Below, in pieces: positions 72,041-87,016 of a stretch of 124,000 nucleotides of DNA. Source of the stretch: Octopus vulgaris. Taxonomy: Eukaryota. A model generated the notes under the pieces. That model ran no database searches. It was not told where the DNA came from and worked only from the letters and a program-made list of their open reading frames with translations. A program made the position numbers and the translations under genes. The stretch covers positions 26,060,001 through 26,184,000 of the forward strand of contig OX597823.1 in the NCBI GenBank assembly GCA_951406725.2. Reading direction: 5' to 3'. Positions within the stretch are counted from its first letter, which is position 1. Each line of letters starts with the position of its first letter.

Positions 72041-72858
72041 TGATGTAAATATTAACAAATCCAATAGCTTGGTTTTCAATTTTCAGTCATTTCTTTATCT
72101 GTAAGATCTGTAGAATCACATGTATGAAAAATGGATTTTGTGATGTTCCCATACATACCAAAAGTAGTTTATTATGTGTGCATATATATATGCACTTACA
72201 AACTCTCCACAGTTGCTACTGTATCTTAATGCTTTGTGATATGATTCAGGATTTTATTAATTAAACCTTTCTTTACCAACCCAGTTGAAACCGGCTCTGG
72301 CTCCGAATACAAATGTCTTGTCTTCATAAGTTTTGAATTAAAATCTTCCACCAGACTTTAGTCACAGTTTATGTTCCTAACACTAGCTTAATGATAACTA
72401 CGTTCTTTCACTAATTTCTTTGTTATCTTTAAAGTAATTGAAAGAAACACAGAGCATCGCAAAATAAATACAGTAATGAAAGGGTAAAACCTTTAGTTGT
72501 ATTGAAAAGTACTAACAATAGTACAATAAGTGTGTGTATACATACATACGTAATTATGTATGGTACAGAGTCATGCAATGCACACCAGCTGAAGAAGAGC
72601 AGTGACCAAATCATTAAACAAAACAAGTTTTTCCCATCAGTTTGACAAAGTTATATCTAAATATGTTTACATCTACTGCAGTTAAATAAATTAAATAGGC
72701 CATACTCTTTGCAAGGCTCTCTAGAAACTAGTTGTAAAGAGTAAGCTTAAAATGAACCAGTACAAGTGAACAAACAAAGCATTTAGAAATAGGGATAAGG
72801 CCCATTTGACAGCTGACATTTCATTTCACCCACCTGCTCTTCTGAATCAATGTTACAG

Positions 72859-72905
72859 ATATAAGACCAGTAATGTGGGTCAACCAGTGGGTGGATTCAC
72901 TAAAG
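72859..72905 (+). CDS. Internal exon (47 nt) of unidentified plus-strand gene
   Basis: Pyrimidine tract ...tgttacag| and aag|gttaaa. In-frame continuation: YKTSNVGQPVGGFTK or IRPVMWVNQWVDSLK. Confidence 0.45.
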
Positions 72906-75900
72906 GTTAAAGGTTATCATTTCACCTCACCCTCACTCTGTTTGGTTTTATAAATGGAATCAAATCTTTAATTGATTTTTAAAGTGCTTTTTCTTGTTAC
73001 AAAGGAATTTTAATAATTGATATATTGCCATTTCCCCCCACCATTTTTATTGTAGAACATAGAATAAAGGAGTTTTCAAAGATGCTAGTGGTGATGGTTA
73101 TTGTTTTGATCCAGGCTAGTCCTGATTCTACAGATCTGTCATTGAAAGCTTTCTGCCTGTGACCATCCTCTTCTTTTCAAGAGACAAAATGTGTGTTTCT
73201 AGAACTACATTTTTGATGTACCCTTCCTTGTTATTTAGCCTCTTATCCAATAAATCTATGATCATTTGTATTCTATCTATGACCAACTAATCTTTTTTTA
73301 GGCATCATCATCATCGTTGTACATCATTGTTTACATCAGCTTTGTCATGCTGGCTTGCATTTAGCATATTTTCTGTGATAATGTTTTAGGGCCAGATGTC
73401 CTTCCTGTTATCAAACCCTTTTAGTCGTCTCTTGTGACATGCAAGGATTTGATGTGTCTATTCTAAAACTAGGGTATGCAAATTAATATAAAATATGTAT
73501 TACTACATTGCCTAATGTGGCCCTTGCTTTTTAAAGACAGTAGAACATGGCTTGAGGGACATTTGACAGCTATTCCTAGGAAGACAAGCAACTGCAGTAT
73601 TCTTCATCACTTTAGTGTTGAAGTAGCAGAGAAGCAGGACTAAATTATATTTCAGTGTTTTGTTGTGTTGCTTTATATTCTGAGTTCAAATCCATTTGAA
73701 GTTGGCCTCCATAAGAAGAAATCATGACCAAAAAGAACATATTTGTATTCTGTATTCCATTCCAAGCAGTTGTAGCAGTTGATATAAAGGTGAAACAAAG
73801 TACCCATTAAATGGAAAGCAAGAGGAACATCATATGCTGTAATCTGCAGGGAGAGAGAAAAATCAGGCATGGTTCATCATTTGTGGAGGGAAAATGGATG
73901 TCACCAATCCTCGTGGAACAACCAAGAATAGAGAGCGAAAACAACACTGAAATACAGGATGACTGAAATAATCAGGATATATGTTGGGCTTTCATAATTT
74001 GTTGATTAGCCTAGCATAATGATGAATATCATTAAGAAAGCTTTAATATTAAACCTACAGAAAATTTAGATTTTAAGTTCCTAATGCTGATAACTTAAAT
74101 ATCCTATGGAGCAATGTGATAGTGAACATAAACACTGATTGAACATTTTGATATCAACCTACCTTGATATGAAGATTACTTCTGGTTTATCAAATCCTTG
74201 CATGTCAATGAAATAAACTGCGTTTTAAATTGATTTAAATGAAAAACTTTTGCCAAAATTTCACATAAGCATAGGAGTGGCTGTTCAGTCCCACTGCATG
74301 GCACCCTGGGCAAGTGTCTTCTACTATAGCCTCAGGCTGGCTAAAGCCTTGTGAGTGGATTTGGTAGACGGAAACTGAAAGAAGCCCGTCGTATATATGT
74401 ATATGTATGTGTGTGTATATATGTTTGTGTGTGTATGTTTGGGTGTCTGTGTTTGTCCCTCCAACACCGCTTGACAACCAATGCTGGTGTGTTTATGTCC
74501 CTGTAACTTAGTGCTTCAGCAAAAGAGACCGATAGAATAAGTACTAGGCTTACAAAGAATAAGTCCTGGTGTCGATTTGGTCAACACCAGGATTTGCTGG
74601 AGCAATCCTGTGGCAGTGCTCCAGCATGGCCACAGTCAAATGACTGAAACAAGTAAAAGAGAAAGAGTATTAAAAAGCTTGCATCCCAACCAACTGGTTT
74701 TAAGTTCACCTTGGGAAAGTGTCTTCTACTATAGCCCAGGATTGACCAATGCTTTGTGAGACAATATGAAAGCCTGCCATGTGTGTGTGTGTGCATGCGC
74801 AAATATTAACATTTCATGACTTTGCTTATTACCATGTTTAGATTCCTTGTTAACCTTATGACCAATCCCTCTGCATGTTCAAAGACCTGTGGAATAAGAG
74901 AATCCCTTTCTTTAAAAACAAGTAACAGTTGATGATAGGAAGAATATCCAGCTGTAAAATCCTGCCTTGAATAATTCCCTGCCTAACCCATGGGAAATGG
75001 ATATCAATCCTTTTGATATCAACCTGCCTGGGACTACCCCTGGTTCTATGATACAAACTTCCTATTTCAGAGTGATCTATTTGTTTGTATGCATATATCT
75101 ACTATATTATTATTTTACTATGGCAAGTGTTTATAAGCCATTTAAGAAACACACAAAAACTGTTAGATTCACTTCAACATTTAAATTTAATTTGCCAAAA
75201 TATTTTCGTTGCTTTGAGACCGCAACCTGTTCATTGATAAAATTCCATGCAGCATGGAATTTAAATGTTGAAGTGAATCTAACGCTTTTTGTGTGCTTCT
75301 TTAATGGCTTATAAACACCTTCCATGCTGCAATTATTTTTGTTCCTGCACACGGTCTTAGATTAGGTCACTTGCTATGTAAGTACATCTCCATAACTATT
75401 ATTTTACTGCTCTTCTCTTTTTCTGTACTGCCATCACCTCTTCTTCCCTAAATTTCTTGCAATGCATATTTACCATTGAGCAATCCTCAATTTTTGTTCA
75501 CCATTCAATATATTCACACCTACCTCCACCTTCCCTACATACTCTTGTAACCTCTACCCATCAAGCCTTCCTGATCTTCTGTCTCCATACTTACTTCTAT
75601 CCACTTTTTGATCAGAAGGTGGTGTCAAGGTGTCAGTGCATTGGGCTTTCATAATTTGTTGATGAGCCATCATATGGAAGCTTTTATCAAGAAAGAATGT
75701 CCTATGGAGCAATGGGGTAGTGAACATAAACATTGATTGAACCTTTTGATATCAATCTACTCTGATATGAAGATCACCTCTGGTTCATCAAATTCCTGCA
75801 TGTCAATGAAATAAACTGTGTTTTAAATTGATCATCTTATCACCACCTTCTTTATCTTTGTAGCTTCACTCCAATTACTCCCACTCACCATTGTATAATA

Positions 75901-77181
75901 TGAAGTAGCCATGCCAAAGACAGCTTGGTTCAAAGTCTCTCTTGACCAGAAATGGCCTGAACACTTTGTATGACCACCCTCCCTGTACATAACTCCCTGT
76001 CCACCTACATGGCCTTGCTTTTGCTTTTTGAGCCAATAAAAATTGAATTGAATTGAATGTATCTCTTCTACACCAAGAAACTTGTTTCTGTCCTTTCTAT
76101 CATACTTTAACCTCTCAGCACCTAATATAAAGCTGCTTTCCTCTCTACTGTACTCCCTTTCAGTCAAGGCAATTCTTTGTGAGTTACATAGTATCCTTAC
76201 AATTGCTAATGCTTCAAAGAGCATCCAGTACACTCTGTGGTTAGCACCAGGAAGGGCATTCGGCTGTAACAATTCTGCCAAAGTAGATACTGTAGTACAA
76301 CATACTCCTCTATCTTGTCAGATTCTGTAGAAATGTCCAACCCATGCCAGCATAGAAGACAGACGTTAAATAATGATGACGACGACAACGATGATGATAA
76401 TGATAGTGGTGGTGGTATATGAATATTCAAGGTATATAACCAGGGTATACAAGGAATATATTAAATCATTATAAAATGATTTACCTAATTACTATTGAAT
76501 AATGATTTACTAAACAAATCTATTGTAAATGGAAATCACCTAAGGTTTATATTCTGGCTGTAAATATTTAATTTATTTCATGAATATTTATTGAAAATAG
76601 ATGAACATCTCCACTCTTAATCCCTCCACTTTATCCCCCCTCCCTCTCGCTCTCTCATATACACCACACACACTTCTTGAAGTCAATAAAAGCAAACACC
76701 CACAAACACTTACCTATTGACCATGAAAGGTTTATTTAACTAGTGTGGAAGAAGACTGAACAGTTTCCTGTTTGCAGTTTATTACAATTTATTATTTATC
76801 AATGACATCTTATAGACATCAATAGCTGAGGCAGGCTGTTACCATTCTCTTTGTGCTGTGGTGTCAGTTAATGGTTGAATTGTAGTTTAGCAAGTTAAAT
76901 TTATTCTCCACTAACTGATAAACATAACAGCCTGAAAGCATTAGGGACACATCCTATATATTTAGTGCCTTCAACACCAACTAGCATGAAACAGCCTCAA
77001 TTAAAGTGATTAAATTTAAAATTCAAATCTAGCTGAAATGTCATTATTACATTAAAGATAATATCGTATATCAATATGTAAACATTTCTTATTTGTTGGA
77101 AGTAATTTATTTTATTAAACCTCTCATGATTCTTGATTATTTTGAAAATTTAACCATAAAGACAGAATGTATTCTTGTTAG

Positions 77182-77268
77182 GAATACAGTCACAATAGAG
77201 TTGATGATTGCAATAAATGGTTCTCAGGCCCTTGGAGGACCTTTCAAGCTGGTGCAGCTTTCTTTTGA
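77182..77268 (+). CDS. Possible terminal exon of plus-strand gene
   Basis: attcttgttag| then EYSHNRVDDCNKWFSGPWRTFQAGAAFF* in phase 0. AATAAA follows at about 77425. Linkage to the upstream exons is inferred only. Confidence 0.25.
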   Translation, partial: EYSHNRVDDCNKWFSGPWRTFQAGAAFF

Positions 77269-77499
77269 TGATGAGAAGCAGATAGATTAAAGAGAAATTT
77301 CAGTTCCTAGATAGATCACTTGTATGTCACAGGTAACATTCCCATTTGATCTTGTTTTTTTTTTTCTTTTATTATGTCTGGGCAGATAATGTAACTGTTT
77401 TTCTAAACAGGAAAAAGGGATGAGAAATAAACCACTTTCTGGTTAAGATAGTGGTTTAAGACAGGATATAAAAAAGTGATTTCAAGTACATTGGGGCTT

Positions 77500-78760
77500 G
77501 GAGAGTCAAAATGAGGCCCTTGAAAATTTGATGGCTTCTTGCTAAAAGAAAACCTCACTAATCCCTTCCATTACATCACTTAATAAAAGTTAGCAAACAT
77601 GTAGCTCTTCAGATATTTTCTTAGCTTCTTACCAAGACCTGTCTATTTTTTCTGAGGCAAATGGATCATTTCCCCCTGTGAAAGGGTGAATGAGTGATAA
77701 TACCCATGAACAAGAGTGTCAGGCATGTTGGATTCATCTTTATGTCTGATTAAATTTGAATCAGACATTCAATGTTGTCTGAATTTATCCAATTTATTGG
77801 CTCATATAAATTCTGGCAAAGAAACTTGAAAGTATCATGTATTTTGCTTCTCATCTTAACAACATTCAGTTAGCATTGCAAGATTTTTTGGAGCTTAGCA
77901 GACTGTACAAAAAGTGAAGTGAGTGAAGTATTAGTAAAACCAACACACTTTGCTTGCATGTTAATTTTGGCTGTTTGGTATAAAGTATTGATTTTTGTAA
78001 ATATTTGCAACAAGTCTGTTAAACCAGAGGTGTCACATTGGATGTGAAGGGAAATTTCTTTGAAGATTTAAAGAAGATATGAAACAACTGGAAAAACATC
78101 TGGAAAGAAGCTTAAGAGGTGACATCAGATCTTGAGATGGAAATCAAACTCCCATAAGTGCGTGAAGGTGTGAGACAAAAGAAGGGAGCATGATGACACA
78201 GCTTCTGATGCCAATTTTCAGAAATGACTGATTCAGAGAATTTGCAAGTTGAGGCCCATATTAATGTTGAAGTTTTGATTGATATTGCAGAATTTATTAT
78301 ACTTTTTAATGTCAAGTGGTTCACAGAAAATTTTGATTTCCTCAGGAAATGTCTCACAATATCTGAAAGTAAAGTGGTGAAAAAATAGTGAAACTGTTAG
78401 AACATCATTATTCCACTGACCTTCACACTGAAAAATTTGCAACAAAATACATTTACCATCAATACAAAAAACAAATTTTGGAAACCAGAACTGAAATCTT
78501 CAGAACAGCTAAATTTATTAACTGACTAAAAACTTTGTGAGATATTTCCAAATATTTGTGCTAATTTGAGAATACTGTTGACAATTCCAGCTGCAATAGC
78601 ATCTGTAAAAAAATCTTCCAGCAAACTTAAACATAGCAAAACCTTTTAAAGGGCAATGTGTCTTACCTGTTAATTTAGCCAGAAGGAATATTGAATCAAA
78701 CATTGCCAGATAAACTGACTTGTGATAATGTTGTCAGAAATTTTTTTTAGATAAAAAGGT
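77500..78760 (+). mobile_element. Decayed hAT transposase
   Basis: C-terminal dimerisation remnant IFPNICANLRILLTIPAAIASVKKSSSKLK. Confidence 0.65.
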
Positions 78761-80263
78761 TATTTCTTTAATTAATGAGGCTTGTTGTATAAAGTAAATT
78801 ATAATCTGGTTATTCTGGAGGACAGAGAATAAAGCATATTCATTAAGTTATCAGTGGTTATATTTAGATTTCTTGAGATTAGCCAACATGTAAAAATATG
78901 CTTTTATAATTATACATCAAAAACTGCCTATTTTGTTGTTGTTGTTGTTATTATTTCATGATGATGATGTTGTTGTTGTTGTTGTTGTTGTTCACTTTTC
79001 AGATGGAATTTGTTGAGGCAGATTTTCTAAGGGTGGATGTCTTTCCTGTTGCTAACCCTCACCTATTTCCATGCAAGGTAATATTTCCCTGTGGCCGGAT
79101 ATGTTCAGAGAAGATAGGAAATGAATGATACCACATGTATGGCAGCGACACTTGTTTACAACTATTATGCAAGTCAAAGAGACATGATCACACACACATG
79201 TGCACATATACACATTCACACATACATATATCTACATATACAACAAGCTTCTTTCAGTTTCCATCCAGTAATTCTAAATAAAAGTCTTTGCTTAGCCTAG
79301 GGCTATAACAGAAGACACTTACCCAAAGTGCTACACAATGGGATTGAACCCCAAATCATCCAGTTTGGAAGTATACTCTTTAACCACTGTCATGCCTGCA
79401 CCTGTTTTTCTCTAAAGAAGGTAAAACATTATTAAAATTTCATTTTAGGCCATTATTTTTATCAAAAAGACTTCATTGAAGATTTAAGGTTCAAATGGAC
79501 TTTAAATTCCCAAATCTCAGTTTTAAGAGAAGCCCTTCCTTCCAAGGGACCCAAACATAGTTATGTTCTGCCTTGCACAATTTCTCTCAGAGATTCTGAT
79601 CACAGATAACATTCTCAAATGATTTCATTAAATCTAATTATTTTTCAATACATCTAAATATTTTGCTCAAGAAACAACAAAATACCACTAAGACTCAAGA
79701 GTCAGTAGTTCTAATCTTTTAAACTCACTATTACTATGGCACTACATAATTCAGGTAGACTAATTTGCATATGACTTGCAGTCTAATTCAATTTGTAAAT
79801 TACTGGTATGCTATCAATGTTTTATTTCACTGCTGCAATGTTACAAAATAACAATTAAACCCATTTAACATATCAAAATTTATCAATTGGATTTGTTGCC
79901 CAGAATTCATACCTTCTCTTTTTCATCATCATCATCATCTCATTTTAACATCCACTTTTCCATTCTTGCATGGATCAGACAGAATTTGTTGATGCAGATT
80001 TTCTAATATGGCTGGACACCCTCCCTGTCACCAACTCTCATCTATTTCTAAGCAAGGTAATATTTTCCATGGTCAGATGTGGTTTTGGGGAAGACTGGTA
80101 ATAAGGGATGCTCCTTATATAACAGTGATGCTTATTGATAACTATTGCATGATGTCAAGACTGCTGAGAGACACAAACACACATATTATATGCAAATACA
80201 CACATGCAAAATATAAGCAAACACACGTCATTTATGAAAATTGGTCTATCTAATCCTTTAGTA

Positions 80264-80556
80264 CAATGGTTCACAAAGTGGGTGGTACTATTCCCCCTGG
80301 GGGCAGTGGAAAGATCCAGCGGGGGGGGGGGGTTGAAGTAAAATGGGGCGATAACAGGGTGACTAAAATGGGGCAGTGAATATAAAAAAACAAATAAAAT
80401 AAAGGGTTAATTAGGTTAAGTTTTATTTGTGAAATACTGTTTTTTTTAACTTGCTGCAGAAAATGGTCAATGTCTGTGATGGTGAGTGGGGGGGGCACTA
80501 GGAATGTGGCCTTAGAATCAAGGGGGCGGCAGCCTGAAAAAGTTTGGGAACCACTG
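80264..80556. mobile_element. hAT-type MITE
   Basis: ca(a/g)tggtt TIRs. 8-bp TSD CTTTAGTA. Confidence 0.8.
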
Positions 80557-81659
80557 CTTTAGTATTATTAAGCTTATAAGTTGTGCTCCATGGACAGCTA
80601 AGGAGGGTACTCAGTCACTGATGAAATCCCAACACAAGATTAAAACTAGTCCAGTTCATTGCCCTTTTTCTGCTCATGGAGATATTCTATACAAAGACAA
80701 GATATTTACATCTGTCTATTACATACAGGTTTGGCTTAAGTCTAAAAAATATAGATTTTTTTTTTTATATAGATTAAACATACCACATTGTAGTATTGTA
80801 TGAAACTAGATAATGGAGTCTTAGAAATAGTATTTATAAAAAGAAAATAGGATGATTATAGTTGGAACATCTTTTATTATAGGTCTGATTGATTAAGGAA
80901 GATTTAGAGTTAAACAACACTAAAACATCAATAGCAATATGAAAGCAAATGGTGTGATAGTGCCATTTAGTCAACCTCATATCTACTGATTAGTTAATAT
81001 TATAGTGTGATAGTTTATAGTTTTCTCATAAATATATTTTACATTCTTTCTTATATTATCAACACAGCCTGCTCTACAGAGTGGTTGGTGTTAGGAAGGG
81101 CAACCAGCTGTAAAACTATGCCAAAGCAGACACAGAAGCATGGTGCAGGCTCCTGCCTGGCCAGCTCCTGTCAAACCATCCAATCTATGCCAACATGGAA
81201 AGAGGACATTAAATGATGATGATGATGATGATGATAGTGTGCTACTTATTGTCATTAGGCACAGGTGTTAGTAAATTATTAGATATTTGCTCACAGGTTT
81301 TGATCTCACTGTACATAAAGCAGCAGAAATTCTGGTAGTGTGCCAATTTTGCCAATCCAATACCTTGAAATATGTGCTAAAATGCTAGAGGTTTATTGGA
81401 TTAAATATACATAGTTTTAAATTTATTGTAGAATACTGAACTTAAATTATGTTCTTAGCTGCCGAAGCATCTGAAAGGCGCTATTTTCTTACATTAATCA
81501 CAACATTGGGGTTGTGATAAGAGAAAAAGAGATAGAGAGGATATAAAAACAGTTCATGCCATTTGACAAACATATGTGGCTCTTTACAAAATATCAACAT
81601 GACTCAAGGTTGTGCCACCAAGTTTAGACTTAAATTTGTCCTTACAGTCTAGAACGGGA

Positions 81660-81905
81660 TTTCCTAACAGTTGTGAAAGGTAGGAGAGTCCAGTTTGCTG
81701 GACATTGTTGTAGAGCTGAAAGCGAGACAATTTCTACTCTTCTCCTCTGGAAGCCATCTACTCGCAATACCAGAGGGCGCACACTCTCCTACCCTGATGT
81801 AATCTCCAGGTATACAGGCATCCAGCAACAGGACCTCCGTAATGCTGGCGTAGCATGGTAAATTCCATTGTCTCGACCACGGTCGAACAATGATGATGAT
81901 GATGA
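81660..81905 (+). mobile_element. RTE 3' end with (GAT)n tail
   Basis: RRVQFAGHCCRAESETISTLLLWKPS..GRTLSYPDVI followed by (GAT)n. Confidence 0.7.
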
Positions 81906-82077
81906 ACAGTTAAAGTGAGGGATAAATAGATTAACAGAAAAACATGTTACCTCATATTATTATTAATGAGGACTTTTCAAAATTTTACAGATGGGCTTCA
82001 GATCAGTTTTAAAAGTTTCTAAAATTAAAATCCAGAATCTGAAGAAAATGGTAAGAATTTGAATCAGTAAAATGGTA

Positions 82078-82305
82078 TTAAACCTTTTGTTATCCACCCA
82101 GCTGAAACCGGTTCTGGCTCTGAGTACAAATGCCTTGTTTTCAAAGTTTTGAATTAAAATCTTCCACCAAAGCTTAGTAACAATTTACATTCCTAACACT
82201 AGCTGAATAATAACTAAGTTATTTTACTAAATTCTTTGTTATATTTAAAGTAATTGAAAGAAACATAAAGCATCTCAAAATAAATACAGTAATGAAAGGG
82301 TTAAA
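82078..82305. mobile_element. piggyBac-like MITE family (TTAA-flanked)
   Basis: Ends ttaa(a)cc(c)tt...aagggttaa. Related copies at about 2090-2290, 11145-11350, 67880-68105, 72260-72490, 91500-91710 and 108570-108782. Confidence 0.6.
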
Positions 82306-82976
82306 CATCAAAAGATAGATATCAATCGGTTTGGTTACCACAAGGCTGGCAGAATTGGTAGCACTCCAGACAAAATGCTTAGTGATATTTCATTTGTCTT
82401 TATGTCTTGAGTTCAAATTTCAATGAGGTTGACTTTGCCTTTCATCCTTTCAAGATCAATAAAGTAAGTACCAGTTGATTGCTGGAGGGGTTGATATAAT
82501 TGACTTAACTCTTCCCTTGAAATTGCTGACCTTGTGCCAAAACTTGAAACCAATAAGTTTGATTACTATGAGAACATGAAGAGTGGAAAAACTGATTTTT
82601 TTTTTACAGAAACTTTATGCCAAATATTGCATTTTTTTCTCTTTTCTTGCAGCTTTTATGACAGACATTTGTTTTACAGTTAGCATATGAATTTAAAGAT
82701 TAAATTTATCTGTTGATTTTTTTTCTTTTATATTGTACCAGATATTCACATATATTTTGCTTATATTTTAATTCGTTTTCCTAAAATTCTTGCCAGGCGA
82801 TGCTAAATCTGCAATTATGTTGAAATGGTTCTAGTATTTTCATTTTTTGTTCTTTGTTTGACTATAAATTATGAAAAATAGCACAGTTTGAAAGTATTCA
82901 ATGGAGTGTTAGTATGATTCAGCAAACACTTTATGCCCACCCAAAGAGATGTATTTCACTGGTGTTACTGGAGGAG

Positions 82977-83019
<43 letters not shown>

Positions 83020-83022
<3 letters not shown>

Positions 83023-86000
83023 GAAGTTCTTGAGGCCTTCTACCATGCCATATATTTCCCCACAGATAAATCTAACACTGTACAAACATACTTAAACTGG
83101 AGACAGAAACACTCTGAAGTAAGACCCTACATAGACAGTAAGAAACTTGCCAACATCAGAAGAAATATTATAAAAAAAAAATTACTGACTGAAGTAGAGA
83201 TTGATCAAGTTAGACAAGCAATATCAGATAAAATGAACGAAGCTGCAGCTAGAGAAGATAATACAAAGGAAATAATTATAGACCAGCCCAGGGCTGATAA
83301 AAACGAAGTAAAGATTGAAAGAGTTAGTATAAGTGATAGGCAAAGTGAAATACTCCCTGAACCAATCATAAACACTAAGACAGATGAACAAATAGATAAA
83401 GAAAGTCACACAAATATTGACCCAACAGAACTACATGAGCTAAAAAATCAAATCATGATTGAATGGCTGAAAATTAAAGAAACCAGTATGGATGAACGTG
83501 ATGCACTCCCTAAAATCCGCAACTCTAACCAAAACATGAAAATAATTGGTAAAATCCAGCTTGCACTTAAGGATATAATTTCAGCTAATGATGATGATAT
83601 CACAAATCTCAACCACCTATACTATGCATCCGCGAAAATCTCAACGATCCTATGTGGTGTAAAGATTAGAAAACGGCAACATTCCCACAAAAAGCCTTCT
83701 TGGCAAGAGCGTCTGCAACAACAAATTAAACTATTTAGATCTGACATTGAATATTTAAAAAACCTTAAGGTTCACAAGACTACCAAACCTACAAAAACCA
83801 AAAAATTACTGAAAAAATACAATATGAAAACTATACTTGATATCGATGCCACCATAGAAACCATCAAACAAAAAGGTATCTGCCAAAGCTGCCCGCATAG
83901 CGAGGTATGAAAAGCATGTTAGATTTTTCAAGGACAACAACATGTTCAAAAATAATACCAAGAATTTTTACAGGAAGATAGGAAAAACAGCGTTTACTGC
84001 AAGGTCTGTACCATCAAAAGAAGAAGTGCAGGGATTTTGGAATAAAATTTGGGCAGAAGAAAAAACACACAACGAAAAGGCCCCCTGGATTGACAGAATA
84101 TCTACAGAACTGGACCTCTTAGAAGAGCAAAAGTGGGAGGGTGTCAAGGTAGAAGATATAAGATCTGCTCTCAGGAGGTCAAGCAAATGGAAGTCTCCAG
84201 GAAAGGATAAAATTCCTAACTTCTGGCTGAATGACTTCCCAGAGAGCCATGAACTGCTAACAGAACTTCACAATGATGTTTTGCAACATCCTAGTAGGAT
84301 ACCTCCTTGGCTAGTTAATGGGTTAACATTCCTGCTTCCAAAAAGTGAAGAAACAAATGAACAAAAAAACTATAGACCCATAACCTGCTTAACAACTATG
84401 TATAAAACGCTAACATCTGTCCTGACGGAATATACTTATAGCTTTTTAACAGACAGTAGCATATTCCCTAATGAACAGAAAGATGTAAACGTGGATCCTA
84501 CGGCTGTAAAGATCAACTACTCATCAATAAGTTGATCTTAGAAGATTGTCACAAACGACACAAAAACTTATCAATAGCCTGGATAGACTATAAAAAGGCA
84601 TTTGATAGCCTACCACATAGCTGGATTAGGAAATGCCTTGAAATGTATAAGATAGCACCTACTCTGCGAAACTTTTTCACTGTAAGTATGAGATCATGGA
84701 GAACCACACTAACTCTGAACAGTGACAATGAATCCCTAAATGCTGGTGATGTAAAAATTGTGTGTGGCATTTTCCAGGGTGACTTTTGTTTAGCCTTAAT
84801 ACCTCTCTCAAAACTGCTCAATGACGCGCAGTACGGGTATAAAATGTTTGATAAAAATATAAATCATCTCATTTACATGGATGATTTAAAGCTTTTTGCA
84901 AAAAATGACCAACAACTCAAGGGCTTACTAGCGATAGTCAAACAATTCAGTGATGACATCAGAATGCAATTCGGCCTCGATAAATGTGCAAAAGCTACCT
85001 TTATCAAAGGAAAAATGACAGAAACATCTAATGTTAACCTTGACCAGCAGAATGTCATAAAAGAACTAGACCCAGCAGAGAGCTAGAAGTACCTAGGGGT
85101 AATTGAAGGGAACGGAATAAGGCATTCAGAGATGAAGGAAAGGATCAGAAGAGAATGTTATCGAAGAGTGAGAGCAATACTCAAGACAGAGCTGAATGCA
85201 AGAAACAGGATCGAAGCGATCAATGCATTAGCCATACCAGTCGTGACTTACAGTTTCAATATCGTTAATTGGTCAATTACTGAAATATGTCAGCTCAACA
85301 GAAAAATAAGAAAACTGTTGACAATGCATAGAATGCACCACCCTAAGGCAGATACAGAACAACTTTATCTGCCAAGAAAAGAGGGAGGCCGTGGTCTTTT
85401 GCAACTGGCAATAACAATGAAGATTGCTACAATTGGCCTAGACACCTACCTGAAAAAGTCTGAGGACTGGATGTTAAAACTTGTCTCAAAACATGAAAAC
85501 AAGAAAGCATCATACTCAGTAACAAAACAGGCAAAGGAATATCTAAGTGAATTCCGAATACAACAAATTTCGGAATTAGAGATAGACATACAAGAAACAA
85601 GCACAGAAAAAGCTAGGCGCATAATAACTCGTGCCAAAACTGCGGCCTTAGATATTCTGAATAATAAATGGCAAGAAAAACCTCTCTATGGCAAATACCC
85701 AAAGAGAGCGAATAATGCAGATATTGACAAAGCCCTGACCCATCAATGGCTAATGGCCTCTGGCTTAAAATCTGAAACAGAAGGGTTTATCATAGCAGCT
85801 CAAGATCAATGCCTACCAACAAGAAACTACCAGGCCAACATATTAAAGAATGGCAGTAGCCCAACATGTCGTGTATGCCAACAACAAAATGAAACCATTG
85901 ATCATGTTGTCTCCAAATGCAGTCTTCTAGCGCCTACAGAGTACCTCAACAGGCATGATAGAGCTGCACAATATATTCACTGGGTAATTTGCAAAAACCT

Positions 86001-86620
86001 GGATTTGCCCCATGAAAAAAACTGGTGGGAACACAATCCACCTCCAGTGCTTGAAAATGACCACATCTCACTCCTCTGGAACTTCACCATTCAAACTGAC
86101 AGAAAGATAGATGCAAATAGGCCAGACATCATATTGAAAGACTTCAGACAAAGAACATGCCTCCTCATTGATATGACTGTCCCAATCGATATAAACGTAT
86201 CTGTCAAGACCTACCAAAAACTGAGCAAATATAAAGATCTTGAAATAGAAATCAGCAAAATGTGGAACCTGAAGACTAAAACAATACCTGTTGTCATAGG
86301 TGCCCTGGGAATGATAGCAAAAGGGGCTGATTGCTACCTAACTCAGATACCAGGAAACCCCAAAATGGCAGAAATTCAAAAGATAGTGCCTATGGGAACT
86401 GCTCATATCCTACGCAAAATACTCTCTATGTAATCCCAAGGTTTAAAACAATTTTTTTTTTTTATGTATTAGACATTCACTAGTACAACACCCCAAAAAA
86501 TCAAATATATGGCACACTAGGCATAACGACAACGTGAACTTCCAGCCTGTTGTCTCTTGAGGTCTCTGGGTGAGACTTGTACAACCAACTTGTACAGACA
86601 TAAAGCAAAAGTCAAACATA
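83020..86620 (+). mobile_element. R4/Dong-clade non-LTR retrotransposon (RT + REL endonuclease), disrupted ORF
   Basis: ORF pieces 82933-86433 contain RT motifs ([30 protein letters not shown]), a CCHC finger (CRVC..ETIDHVVSKC) and a REL motif (NRPDII..LIDMTVP..KLSKY). Bounded by (AAT)n at 82981-83020 and 86620-86725. Confidence 0.9.
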
Positions 86621-86637
86621 GAATAATAATAATAATG

Positions 86638-86727
<90 letters not shown>

Positions 86728-86965
86728 CATTCTACTATTAAAAATAATAATGGTTTCAAATTTTGGCACAAGGCCAGAGGTTTTGAGGAAGGGGTTTAGT
86801 CAATTGCATTGATTCCAATGCTTCAATGGAACGCATTTTATCGACCCAAAAAGGATGAAGAATAAAGTCAACCTCAGTGGCATTTGAACCCAGAATGTAA
86901 ACACGGATGGAATGTCGCTAAACATTTGCCCAGCGTGCTAATGGTTCTGCTAGCTTGCCACCTTC

Positions 86966-87016
<51 letters not shown>

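Noticed and set aside
73780-73845. Strong minus-strand acceptor followed by ITAYDVPLAFHLMG
   Set aside because: Weak donor, no partner exons, and it overlaps the intron of the better-supported plus-strand gene.
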